64,000 bases of DNA, taken from positions 30,483-94,482 of the forward strand of contig JAMDAY010000019.1 of assembly GCA_023484515.1 (NCBI GenBank). The letters are read 5' to 3'. Numbering within the stretch: the stretch's first letter is position 1; each line of letters opens with the position of its first letter. Origin of the DNA: Patescibacteria group bacterium (GTDB lineage Bacteria > Patescibacteriota > Doudnabacteria > UBA920). The translations under genes were made by a program, and so were the position numbers. Under the pieces are notes generated by a model. It saw nothing but the letters and a program-made list of their open reading frames with translations, did no database searches and was not told where the DNA came from. Below, piece after piece: positions 27,708 to 36,836 of the stretch.

Positions 27708-28952
27708 TTAACTCAACGCCTCAATGCCGGGGAGTTTGGCGCCGGCGAGGTATTCCAGCATGGCGCCGCCGCCGGTGGAAACGTGGTCAATATGGTCCAG
27801 TTGGTGGGCCATGCGGACGGCGTCTACGGTTTCCCCGCCGCCGACCACGCCAAAGGCTTTGCGCCTGGAAACCGCGCCGACAATGCGCGCCAAAGCCATG
27901 GTCGCGGTGTGGAAGGGTTTTACCTCAAACAACCCCAGCGGCCCGTTCCAGACAATCGTCCTGGCCAATTTTAATTCCGCGGCGTATTTTAAAATGGTTT
28001 TCGGCCCAATGTCGTAAATTGTTTCGTTCTTCCCTATCTCGTGCGGCCGGGCCACGCGAATGGTGCTGCGGTCCATCTGTTCGTCAGCCACCACCACGTC
28101 CGCGGGCAGCAATATCTTTCCTTTAAAATTCTTTTCCAAATGCCAGGCAATTTTTTCCGCGTCTTTTTCCACTTTAGACTTACCAATTTCATATCCTTTA
28201 GAAAGAAAAAACAAATTAGCCAATCCTCCGGCCAGCAAAATTTTGTCCGCTTTTTCCCCCAAATTTTCTATGGTCTGAACTTTGTCCGAAATTTTAATTC
28301 CGCCCATCATTACCACAAACGGGCTTTGGCTTTTGTGCAGGACAATATCCAATGACTTTATTTCCTTTTCCAAGAGCAGTCCGGCGTAAGAAGGCAAATA
28401 TTTAGTAATGGCCGAGACCGATGCTGCCTGGCGGTGATCCACGCCAAAGGCGTCATTGACATAAACTTCAGCCAGGCCGGCCAATTTCTTGGCGAACATG
28501 GCGTCATTTTCTTCCTCGCCTTTGTAAAACCTGAGATTCTCCAACAATACCACGTCCTTAACCGGCACGCTGTCCAATTGCTTCCTATGCTTGTCTTCCG
28601 CAAAATTGCCGGTATAAAAAATTAAGTGGCTTAATGGGTAGTTCGGCAAGGCGTGGTCGGTTTCTAAAAATTTAAACTGCAAAAGTTCGGCCATTTTTTC
28701 CGCTACCGGCCGCAGACTTAAGCTTTTGTCAGGCTTGCCGCCGGGCCTGCCCAAGTGGCCGCATAAGACTACCCGATTATTGCCCTTTTGCAGATATTTG
28801 ATTGTCGGCACAATTTCCTCAATGCGAAAAGCGTCCGCCACTTTGCCGGTTTGTTTGTCTATAGGCACATTCACGTCAACGCGCACCAACGCTGTCTTAT
28901 TTTGAATTTTTGACGTTCGCAAATATTTGATTGCCACAAAAATAATGAGCAA
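27708..28952 (-). CDS. pgk: phosphoglycerate kinase
   Basis: LVRVDVNVPI N-terminal motif and the C-terminal GGGA...G motif. Confidence 0.9.
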   Translation of the reverse strand: MLIIFVAIKYLRTSKIQNKTALVRVDVNVPIDKQTGKVADAFRIEEIVPTIKYLQKGNNRVVLCGHLGRPGGKPDKSLSLRPVAEKMAELLQFKFLETDHALPNYPLSHLIFYTGNFAEDKHRKQLDSVPVKDVVLLENLRFYKGEEENDAMFAKKLAGLAEVYVNDAFGVDHRQAASVSAITKYLPSYAGLLLEKEIKSLDIVLHKSQSPFVVMMGGIKISDKVQTIENLGEKADKILLAGGLANLFFLSKGYEIGKSKVEKDAEKIAWHLEKNFKGKILLPADVVVADEQMDRSTIRVARPHEIGKNETIYDIGPKTILKYAAELKLARTIVWNGPLGLFEVKPFHTATMALARIVGAVSRRKAFGVVGGGETVDAVRMAHQLDHIDHVSTGGGAMLEYLAGAKLPGIEALS

Positions 28953-28983
28953 AAATTAACAAACTTGACAAAAATGAACAAAA

Positions 28984-30054
28984 TTAGCCTGCGTTCATTT
29001 CCGTCGTTTTTGTCATTTTTTTAATTTTTTCATTCCCTACCATTATCACTTCTTCCACTAGCCGGTTACTATACCCAAATTCATTGTCATACCAGGCCAC
29101 GACTTTCACGAAATTGCCGTCCACTACCTGGGTTAAAGAAAGGTCAATAATAGTTGAGGCGGGATTCCCTACTATATCCTGTTGGACAATCGGTTCAGCC
29201 GTGACCTCAATTATGCCCTTATACTTTTCTTCTTTTGATGCGTCAATAAAAGCCTGGTTAATTTCTTCCTTGGTGGTATTTTTTGACATTAAAATTACAA
29301 AATCCGAAAGTGAGCCGACTGGCGTGGGCACGCGGAAAGAAACGCCGTCAAACTTGCCTTTCAGGGAAGGGATGGCCTGCGTGGCCGAAATTGCCGCGCC
29401 GGTCGTGGTTGGAATAATGTTGACTGCGGCTGCGCGGGCCCTTCTTAGGTCGTTCGATTTTCCTCCCGGCGGCGGCCCGTCCACCAGGTTCTGCTCCGCG
29501 GTATAGCTGTGGATAGTGGACATAAAAGCCTTTTCCACCCCGAATTTTTGCTGCAATACGTCCAAAACCGGCGCAATGCAGTTGGTGGTGCAGGAAGCGT
29601 TGCTGATTATTGGCTGGCCCTTATAAGTTTCCTGGTTTACTCCCAATACGATGGTAGGCGTTACGCCTTCGTCCTTGGCCGGCGCGGAAATTACGACTTT
29701 TTTTGCGCCGGCTTTCAAATGAGCCGAGGATTTTTCGCTGTCTGTAAACCTGCCGGTTGCCTCTATTACGACATCAACTCCCAATTTTCCCCACGGCAGC
29801 GCTGCGGGATCTTTCTCCGCGAATACGGGATATTTTTTTTCATCCACTATGATATTCTTTTCGTCAGATTCTACCCGGCGGGGGTAAGTGCGATAAACGC
29901 TGTCATATTTCAACAAATGCGCCAAGACCGCCGTTGAACTCAGGTCGTTAATCCCGACAATTTCAATTTCCGGCTTTTCCAGCGCGACTTTAAACGCCTG
30001 CCGCCCTATGCGGCCAAACCCGTTAATTGCGACTTTGATTGTTGGCATAAGCAC
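28984..30054 (-). CDS. gap: glyceraldehyde-3-phosphate dehydrogenase
   Basis: INGFGRIGR and the ASCTTNC active site. Confidence 0.95.
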   Translation of the reverse strand: MLMPTIKVAINGFGRIGRQAFKVALEKPEIEIVGINDLSSTAVLAHLLKYDSVYRTYPRRVESDEKNIIVDEKKYPVFAEKDPAALPWGKLGVDVVIEATGRFTDSEKSSAHLKAGAKKVVISAPAKDEGVTPTIVLGVNQETYKGQPIISNASCTTNCIAPVLDVLQQKFGVEKAFMSTIHSYTAEQNLVDGPPPGGKSNDLRRARAAAVNIIPTTTGAAISATQAIPSLKGKFDGVSFRVPTPVGSLSDFVILMSKNTTKEEINQAFIDASKEEKYKGIIEVTAEPIVQQDIVGNPASTIIDLSLTQVVDGNFVKVVAWYDNEFGYSNRLVEEVIMVGNEKIKKMTKTTEMNAG

Positions 30055-30086
30055 CCTTTCTCATTTACTTAATTAATTAAAATAAA

Positions 30087-30422
30087 TTATTCTTCCGCTT
30101 GCTCATCCGCCGGCTGGCCGGCTCCTTGCTGCATGGGAAGAGATTTGTTTTTCGGCTGCTTTAAATGCCTGGCAGCAGGGACCTCTACGTATTCCGCGGA
30201 CAGCATCAGCTTACTGCGCCAGAACAAGACCGCGCCAAAGGCCATCACGCTCATTACCGTAATAATCATCAGCCTTAAGCTGAAATTGGGGTCTTTTACT
30301 CCGGCGCCTGTTAATCCGGCAAAAGTTCTGTTTTGGCCGTAGTTGGTAACCACGGGATCCTGGCCGCTTAGGCTTTCCGCTTCGCTTAAGATTTCGTCTA
30401 CCTGGGATTGGATATTTTGCAT
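30087..30422 (-). CDS. small membrane hypothetical protein
   Basis: One TM. Its start abuts the stop of the upstream kinase gene. Confidence 0.35.
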   Translation of the reverse strand: MQNIQSQVDEILSEAESLSGQDPVVTNYGQNRTFAGLTGAGVKDPNFSLRLMIITVMSVMAFGAVLFWRSKLMLSAEYVEVPAARHLKQPKNKSLPMQQGAGQPADEQAEE

Positions 30423-30424
30423 TT

Positions 30425-31438
30425 TTAATCCTGTTTGCCTGCCACAATTTTTGCCACCTGGCTTTTAATTGTATCGTTTGTAATTTTTATTGGCTGAAAT
30501 TTTTTAATTTTTTCCAGCCTTAATTCCAATTCGCGCCTGGTAAGCAAGCCCGCTTGCGGGCCGATCTTCTGGACAACGCTGCCGGCATTAACCGGCCCCC
30601 AGCGCAAGGCTTCTGCATGAGGCAGGCCGTAAATTAACGCGGCAATATACGCGGTGGTAAAGGCGTCGCCCGCGCCGGTAGATTCCACCCTCGGCCCGGG
30701 GAACTCTTCAATGTAATAAAATCCTTCTTCGCTGTAACTGTATGCCCCGCGCCTGCCGTCGGTCAAGGCCACGGCTTTGGGCCCCAACCGCAAAAGCCTG
30801 CTGCAAAGCTCTTCCGGGTCTTCAACATTCCCTACCCAGCTTTGGGCCTCTTGCACGTTTAAAGACAAAATGTCGGTGCGCTGCAGCATTTCCTGGTTTG
30901 CCTTTAGCCCCTTCCTCAACTGGAAAGTGCCTGGGTTAAAACCTAACTTAGCCTTGTATTTGTCTAAATATTTTCCCAAATCCTTATAAATTTTTTCAAA
31001 CCCCACGCCCATGCTGGTCAGATACACCCAATGGCTGGCCGGAAAATTGGGCAAGCTGTATTTGCGGTGTTCATGGTAGACAAAAATGGTGCGCTCGCCC
31101 TGATAGCTTATGACCGTAGACGCATTGGTCGGATGGCTGTCATTTTTAATGATAAACCTGGTGGACACGCCTTCTTTTTCCATTTTGTGCGCTATTTCGC
31201 GGCCGCCGCTGTCATGGGCCAAAACCGTATAAAAACCGGTGCTTAACCCCAAACGGGAACTGCCTACGGCGTTGTTTGCCGCATTGCCGGCCACGGACCG
31301 GTAATACTGGTCCACCGGCAGCTTGTCGCCCCAATTTAAAATTGCCTTTTTGCAGCCTTCAACGTTCTTAATCTCCACGTCATGTATAAGCAAAAAAGTG
31401 TCTATAGTCGCGTCGCCGATTGAAATAATGTCAAACAT
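30425..31438 (-). CDS. PfkB-family carbohydrate kinase (ribokinase-like)
   Basis: GAGDAFTTAYIAAL PfkB signature 2 and an N-terminal GG-like motif. Confidence 0.75.
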   Translation of the reverse strand: MFDIISIGDATIDTFLLIHDVEIKNVEGCKKAILNWGDKLPVDQYYRSVAGNAANNAVGSSRLGLSTGFYTVLAHDSGGREIAHKMEKEGVSTRFIIKNDSHPTNASTVISYQGERTIFVYHEHRKYSLPNFPASHWVYLTSMGVGFEKIYKDLGKYLDKYKAKLGFNPGTFQLRKGLKANQEMLQRTDILSLNVQEAQSWVGNVEDPEELCSRLLRLGPKAVALTDGRRGAYSYSEEGFYYIEEFPGPRVESTGAGDAFTTAYIAALIYGLPHAEALRWGPVNAGSVVQKIGPQAGLLTRRELELRLEKIKKFQPIKITNDTIKSQVAKIVAGKQD

Positions 31439-31451
31439 AAAAATTTGATTT

Positions 31452-31787
31452 TTATTTTTCCGGATTAGGCAAACCTTCTATTATTAACGATCCTTGGTAC
31501 CATAATTCATAATTCCTCAATGTTTCCAGGTCCAGGTCAATCTTCTTTTCTAACTCCAATTCTTGAGCCAGGTCTACGCACCCTTTTGTATTATTGTTTT
31601 GCAGGCAATCCCGCAACTGATCGCCATACTTGATCTGTTGCTGCTCCGGCATGAGCCGGATAAAACCAGCCAAATAATTTTTTAGTGTCCACTCCCGGAC
31701 AGCCAAAAAAGCCTTGGAATTTTCCTGCTTAGTCCTGTTTAACCTTTCCTCAAAATTAAAGAATCCTTCTCTCCCTTGACCGTCCAT
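31452..31787 (-). CDS. hypothetical protein
   Basis: Open frame only. Confidence 0.3.
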   Translation of the reverse strand: MDGQGREGFFNFEERLNRTKQENSKAFLAVREWTLKNYLAGFIRLMPEQQQIKYGDQLRDCLQNNNTKGCVDLAQELELEKKIDLDLETLRNYELWYQGSLIIEGLPNPEK

Positions 31788-31801
31788 TCGTTTTCCTTTC
31801 C

Positions 31802-32458
31802 TTAGGCCTTAATATTATTTATTTCTGAATTTAATTTCTCGTAAGCCTCGGCCGGGTTGGGCGCTTTGACTATGCTGGAGCCGCAAATTATCAAGTCCGC
31901 GCCGGCCCGGGCAATTTTCTTAATGTTTGCCAAATTCGCGCCGCCGTCCACTTCTATTATAGCATTAGGGGTTATTTTCCTTAACTCCCCAATCCTCTCA
32001 TAAGTATTTTCAATAAATGATTGCCCCTGATAACCGGGATAAACGCTCATAAGCTGGAAATGGTCTGTGTCGCCGGCAAACTCTTTTAACGCCTTTATGG
32101 GAGTGTCCGGATTAACGCAAAGTCCGGGCTTTATGCCTTGCTGCCTAATGGTTAGCAAAGCCCGGCGGATGTCGCCAGCGTTGGCATAAGCCTCATAATG
32201 GACGACTATGGTCTTAAAGCCGCAAATCTCGTAGTCCAAAAAATCCGTGGGATTTTTTACCATCAAATGGGCTTCCCAATGGTAAGCGGGGTTAAGCGTA
32301 TCCATTTCCGCTACCGGCAAGATTTCCTGGGGCACGAAAACGCCGTCCTCAAAATCCACCTGTATCCTTTCCACCCCAGGCAGCTTTAAAATAACGGACT
32401 GCTTGTCCAAAAAACCTTCCTTTGTCTTTTCCAATATTGCCGGCACTATCTGAGCCAT
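31802..32458 (-). CDS. rpe: ribulose-phosphate 3-epimerase
   Basis: VDFEDGVFVP and DGGAN...GADLIICGSSIV motifs. Confidence 0.75.
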   Translation of the reverse strand: MAQIVPAILEKTKEGFLDKQSVILKLPGVERIQVDFEDGVFVPQEILPVAEMDTLNPAYHWEAHLMVKNPTDFLDYEICGFKTIVVHYEAYANAGDIRRALLTIRQQGIKPGLCVNPDTPIKALKEFAGDTDHFQLMSVYPGYQGQSFIENTYERIGELRKITPNAIIEVDGGANLANIKKIARAGADLIICGSSIVKAPNPAEAYEKLNSEINNIKA

Positions 32459-32510
32459 AAAATAATTTGAAGATTAAAAGATTTAAGGATTGAAGGATTC
32501 ATAATTCTTG

Positions 32511-32960
32511 TCATTTTTGTTCAATCTTGGCAATCTTGCCAATCCTTCTCTGGTGGCGGCCGCCTTCAAAGGGAGTGGCCAGCCACAGATCTATCGCTGT
32601 TTTCAAGTGGCCCATGCTTACGAATTTCGCACCGAGAGACAGGACGTTCGCGTCATTGTGCTGCCGCGAAAGTTTTATAATTTCCAAATTCTCGCAATTA
32701 TAAACCACAGCCCTTATCCCCTTAGCCTTGTTGGCTACAATGGCTTCGCCTTGCCCGCTCATGCCCAAAATAATACCCTTGGCTTCCGGTCCTCCCCCTG
32801 CGACTTTGGCCGCGCAAGGGTATATTAAGTCCGGATAGTCGTCGTCTTTGTCGTAACTGAAAGGGCCGCAATCCTCCACTTCCAGGCCTTTGGATTTTAA
32901 ATATTCCGCAATTTGGTTTTTTAATTCAAACCCCGCATGATCGGTTGCAATGTATATCAT
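32511..32960 (-). CDS. rpiB: ribose-5-phosphate isomerase B
   Basis: IYIATDHAGFELK N-terminus. Confidence 0.85.
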   Translation of the reverse strand: MIYIATDHAGFELKNQIAEYLKSKGLEVEDCGPFSYDKDDDYPDLIYPCAAKVAGGGPEAKGIILGMSGQGEAIVANKAKGIRAVVYNCENLEIIKLSRQHNDANVLSLGAKFVSMGHLKTAIDLWLATPFEGGRHQRRIGKIAKIEQK

Positions 32961-33025
32961 ACTTTAGGTTTTAGGTGTTAACTTTTAGGGATTAGGGCTA
33001 AAACCTAACGCCTAATATCTAATAC

Positions 33026-33709
33026 CTAGAAATTAATTATTTGGTTAAAATGTCCCGGTATCAAGCTTTCGCCGCCGACCAGCAGGCCGCTAATGTTCGG
33101 CTGCTGCAAAAACCCTTTGGCGTTGGCCGCGTTTACGCTGCCGCCATACAAAATTTTTTTTATGCCGTATTTTGACTTTATAAACAGGGCAATTTTTTCC
33201 GCGTGTTCCGGCGAGGCATTCTTGCCGGTGCCAATGGCCCAGACCGGTTCGTAAGCGGCAATAACTTTTAAAGGATCAATTCCGGCCAAACCGGCACCCA
33301 ACTGCTGTTTTAACACGTCTGTCACCTCTAAGTCATCCTGCTCCACTGTGGTGCCAAAACCCACGCACAAAATTGGCGTAATTTTATGCTCCAATAGCGC
33401 ATTAAGCTTGGCGTTAACCATTTCGTCCGTATCCCCTACCGCGCGCCTTTCGCTGTGGCCGGCAATGCAATATTTTACGCCGAGCGATTTTAACTGGAGC
33501 GGCGAGGTCTGCCCGGTAAACGCGCCTTTTTCCTGCCAAAAGCAGTCCTGCGCGCCCAGACGCGGAAAATTTATCCGCGATAAAAAGACGGTTGGCGGGC
33601 ATAATACCGCAGTATTTTTAGCTGCTTGATTGATTGATGCGGCCAATTTTTGCGCGTCATCCGCAGTGGCAGGATTAAGTTTCCAATTGGCAATTATTAG
33701 TTTCTTCAT
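33026..33709 (-). CDS. tpiA: triosephosphate isomerase
   Basis: ANWKLN, AGHSERR and AYEPVWAIGTG motifs. Confidence 0.9.
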   Translation of the reverse strand: MKKLIIANWKLNPATADDAQKLAASINQAAKNTAVLCPPTVFLSRINFPRLGAQDCFWQEKGAFTGQTSPLQLKSLGVKYCIAGHSERRAVGDTDEMVNAKLNALLEHKITPILCVGFGTTVEQDDLEVTDVLKQQLGAGLAGIDPLKVIAAYEPVWAIGTGKNASPEHAEKIALFIKSKYGIKKILYGGSVNAANAKGFLQQPNISGLLVGGESLIPGHFNQIINF

Positions 33710-33860
33710 ACTGCTGTTTCTGTTCTATGCCTATTTTTAAAATATTTCGAAATTTAAACTTTGATTTTTTCATTTTGCATTAACCAGCGAATAGGACGAA
33801 TGGGGCTAATAAGACGAAAAGGATTAAGGAGGATTAAAAGGTAAAAAAGGAATAAGGGGG

Positions 33861-34859
33861 TCAAGAATCTCCACGCAAAAATTTGGCTGTTACCTCCGGC
33901 GGCATGGGGTTTACGGGAATGCCGGTGGCGTATTCAAACCCGGCCCAAATGGTGATCCTTGGAAAAATTGTCAAATGCCAGTGGTAAGCGTTCTCTTCGC
34001 CAATGCTCAACTGGCTGTCATGCCTTTTTATGGGCATGGTATGCACGTAAAAATTCAAAGGAGGGTCTGACAATTTGGTATAAAGCTGACCTAACATCAC
34101 TTTCAGGACGAAAGACAAGTGCCTCAACTGCCCCTGGTCCATCTCTTCAAACCGCGCGCCGTGCTTTTTGGGAAGTATCCAGGTTTCAAAAGGCTTGCGC
34201 GAGGCATAAGCGGATAGCACCACAAAATGCTCGTCTTCGTAAACCAAACGGTCCCTGACCAGCCGTTCTTCTTTTATAATATCACAATAAACGCATTTTT
34301 TGTTATTTTGATAATAATGATAGCAGCCCATTATTTCGTTATGGATGTGCGGCGGCACAATGGGTGTGGCTAAAAGCTGATAGTGGGGATGCACGAGCGA
34401 CGCGCCCGCGTCGCGCCCGTGGTTATGGAAAATCTGCACATAAGCCAAGTCGGGCCGCTTGCTCAGGTTGCGATACCGCTCAATGAAAGTTTTTAAGGAC
34501 AATTCCACGGTCGCAATGGATTGCAAAGCCACCGGCTCGTTATGCTTGCGCGTAACAATGACTTCGTGGTCGCCGTCGCCGGCGTAAGAAACGTAAAATT
34601 CCTTATGGCGGTAAATTGCGGTCTGCTCCAGGGCGGCAAACTTATTGGGGATAACGCGAACCTCCCAATCGCCGTATTTCGGCGTACGCCAAAGCTCCGG
34701 GTTTAAATGCTCATTGCCCGGGCAAAACACGCACTTAGGGTCTTCTTCCGGCACGCCATGCATAACCGAATAAGTCTTGTATTCGTCCGGCCGCTTATTC
34801 CTGGCCGGCGCGACCAGCACCCACGATTTGTTAATTGGATTTTGGCGGAATTCGCTCAT
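33861..34859 (-). CDS. galT: galactose-1-phosphate uridylyltransferase (HIT superfamily)
   Basis: CVFCPGNEH zinc motif and HPHYQ active-site His-Pro-His. Confidence 0.75.
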   Translation of the reverse strand: MSEFRQNPINKSWVLVAPARNKRPDEYKTYSVMHGVPEEDPKCVFCPGNEHLNPELWRTPKYGDWEVRVIPNKFAALEQTAIYRHKEFYVSYAGDGDHEVIVTRKHNEPVALQSIATVELSLKTFIERYRNLSKRPDLAYVQIFHNHGRDAGASLVHPHYQLLATPIVPPHIHNEIMGCYHYYQNNKKCVYCDIIKEERLVRDRLVYEDEHFVVLSAYASRKPFETWILPKKHGARFEEMDQGQLRHLSFVLKVMLGQLYTKLSDPPLNFYVHTMPIKRHDSQLSIGEENAYHWHLTIFPRITIWAGFEYATGIPVNPMPPEVTAKFLRGDS

Positions 34860-34948
34860 TATAGGAATTTATAGTTTTATTTCAAACTCGCCTTAAATTT
34901 TTGCCTCATCATTTTTTCTCTTTTTCCCTAATTCATAATTCCAGATTC

Positions 34949-35332
34949 CTAATTTCTTTTCTGCTTGTCCAGGTAATTCTGCAGCAGAATCTGCGCGGCC
35001 AGGCTGTCCAGATTCTTTTTTTCGCCGGTTAAGTGCTGCGCCATTACGGACGACAGCCTTTCGTCGCCAATGCCAACCGGGATTTCTACCAATTTCTCCA
35101 ATTTTTCTTTGAACTTTCTGACTTCTTCAGTCTTTTTTGTTTCCTGGCCGCTTAAGTTCAAAGGCCAGCCGATTATAATGCGCCCGATGGAATAATTTAA
35201 AATTAAAAGATTTAAGGATTTCCAAAATTCTTTTGGCGACAATATATCCAATTCGCGCGCGAGCGTTTGCGTTTCGTCGCTAATTGCCAAACCAATCCTC
35301 TTTTCGCCATAGTCAATTCCTAAAATCCGCAT
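34949..35332 (-). CDS. ruvX: Holliday junction resolvase-like protein YqgF/RuvX
   Basis: ILGIDYGEKRIGLAISD N-terminus. Carries a low-complexity insert encoded by aaagatttaaggattt. Confidence 0.8.
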   Translation of the reverse strand: MRILGIDYGEKRIGLAISDETQTLARELDILSPKEFWKSLNLLILNYSIGRIIIGWPLNLSGQETKKTEEVRKFKEKLEKLVEIPVGIGDERLSSVMAQHLTGEKKNLDSLAAQILLQNYLDKQKRN

Positions 35333-35337
35333 AATCC

Positions 35338-36642
35338 TTAATTAGCCTCGCCTAATGTCAAATTCACGGTTTTTTCCTGCCCTTTATGATAAACTTTCAA
35401 GCTCACGGTATCGCCAATATTGTGCTTTTGCACCAGAGATGACAAGGTGTTGCTGCCGTCCACTTTGGTGCCGTTGACTTCCAAAATAATGTCATTTTCC
35501 GCCAGCCCGGCTTTATCCGCGGGACTGCCGGGAACAACGGCAAAGTCAGTCATATTCTGGCCGCGCAGGATTAGCGCACCGTAATCCGTGGGCAATTTTT
35601 CCTGGCTGGCAATATCCTTGGTGATCATTACGTAGCGGACGCCAATGAACGGCTGGGTAATTTTTCCGCTTTTTTGGTAGCTGGCCAGCGCCCGGGCCGC
35701 GTCATTGGACGGCAAAGCAAACCCCACCAACTGCCCTTGTTGGTCAATGGCGGTATTAATGCCAATAACCTGGCCAGCCGCGTCCAGCAGCGGACCGCCG
35801 CTGTTGCCGGGATTAATGGCCACGTCAGTCTGAATGACGCCGGAAAGCTGCTCGCTGCTGTCGCTGGAGCCCGCGGTAATGCTGCGGCCAATGCCGGAGA
35901 CTATGCCGCTGGTCACGGTATTCTGGTATTCGCCCAAAGAATTGCCAATGGCAACCACGCGCTGCCCAATTTGGATTTTGGAAGAATCGGCCAAGCTTAA
36001 ATACGGCGCATTGCTAATCTTGATCTTTAAAACAGCCAGATCGTTTACTGGATCGCGCGCCTCAACCACCGCATCGTACTTGGTGCCGTCGCTGGTGATT
36101 ACGGTATAGCTGGCTTGCGTATCTTCCACCACGTGCTTATTTGTCAGGATCAATCCGTCGGATGACACGAAAAACCCGCTGCCTGCCCCCACTTGCTGGA
36201 CATTGGGGGTATTGGAACTGTTGTTAGATGGTGATCCGCCGCCAAAAAAATTAAAAGGATCAAAATTAAACGGATTTATCCCGTAGCCGGGAATTTTGCT
36301 TAAATCCTTTGAGATAACCACCGAAACCACGGCCGGGCTGGCTTTTTTAACCACGTCTATTATAGCCGAATCTTCCGTTAAGGTGATGTTTTGGCCTGAA
36401 GAATTGGCGACTACCGGATTATTACCGAGCAATTTCCGCACGGAAGCGGAATCTGCCATTAGCTTTATCCCCAGCGCTCCGCCTACTAAGCCCGCCACCA
36501 GGCTGACTGCCGCTAGTATGGCAATAACCCTGGCGCTGATATTTGAAATAACATTTTTATTTTGATCAAAATTTTGTTTTACATCTTGCGCCGGAATGGA
36601 AATGTCCGGCTTTAATTCTTTATTATTGTCTTCATTTAACAT
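35338..36642 (-). CDS. htrA: HtrA/DegP-family serine protease with a PDZ domain
   Basis: GNSGGPLLD catalytic Ser motif, TNKHVV His region, and a C-terminal PDZ domain. Confidence 0.85.
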   Translation of the reverse strand: MLNEDNNKELKPDISIPAQDVKQNFDQNKNVISNISARVIAILAAVSLVAGLVGGALGIKLMADSASVRKLLGNNPVVANSSGQNITLTEDSAIIDVVKKASPAVVSVVISKDLSKIPGYGINPFNFDPFNFFGGGSPSNNSSNTPNVQQVGAGSGFFVSSDGLILTNKHVVEDTQASYTVITSDGTKYDAVVEARDPVNDLAVLKIKISNAPYLSLADSSKIQIGQRVVAIGNSLGEYQNTVTSGIVSGIGRSITAGSSDSSEQLSGVIQTDVAINPGNSGGPLLDAAGQVIGINTAIDQQGQLVGFALPSNDAARALASYQKSGKITQPFIGVRYVMITKDIASQEKLPTDYGALILRGQNMTDFAVVPGSPADKAGLAENDIILEVNGTKVDGSNTLSSLVQKHNIGDTVSLKVYHKGQEKTVNLTLGEAN

Positions 36643-36796
36643 TGGATGATTCCTTTAAGGTATGGCAGGCAAAAGGAAAAAACGTTTTCCAAAAACTTAG
36701 AGCTCCATCCAAAGCCCTAAAGCCCTTTAATCCTGCCAAAATTAGCTTATATTTACAGTAAACTGTATAAATTATATCATAATTTTACTAAAAACC

Positions 36797-36833
36797 AAAG
36801 CCGGCGGCATTTACCGCCGGCTTTGGTTTGCGG
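36797..36833 (-). terminator. rho-independent terminator (15-bp perfect stem aaccaaagccggcgg/ccgccggctttggtt plus U-run on the minus strand)
   Basis: Directly downstream of the 36837 stop. Confidence 0.6.
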
Positions 36834-36836
36834 CGG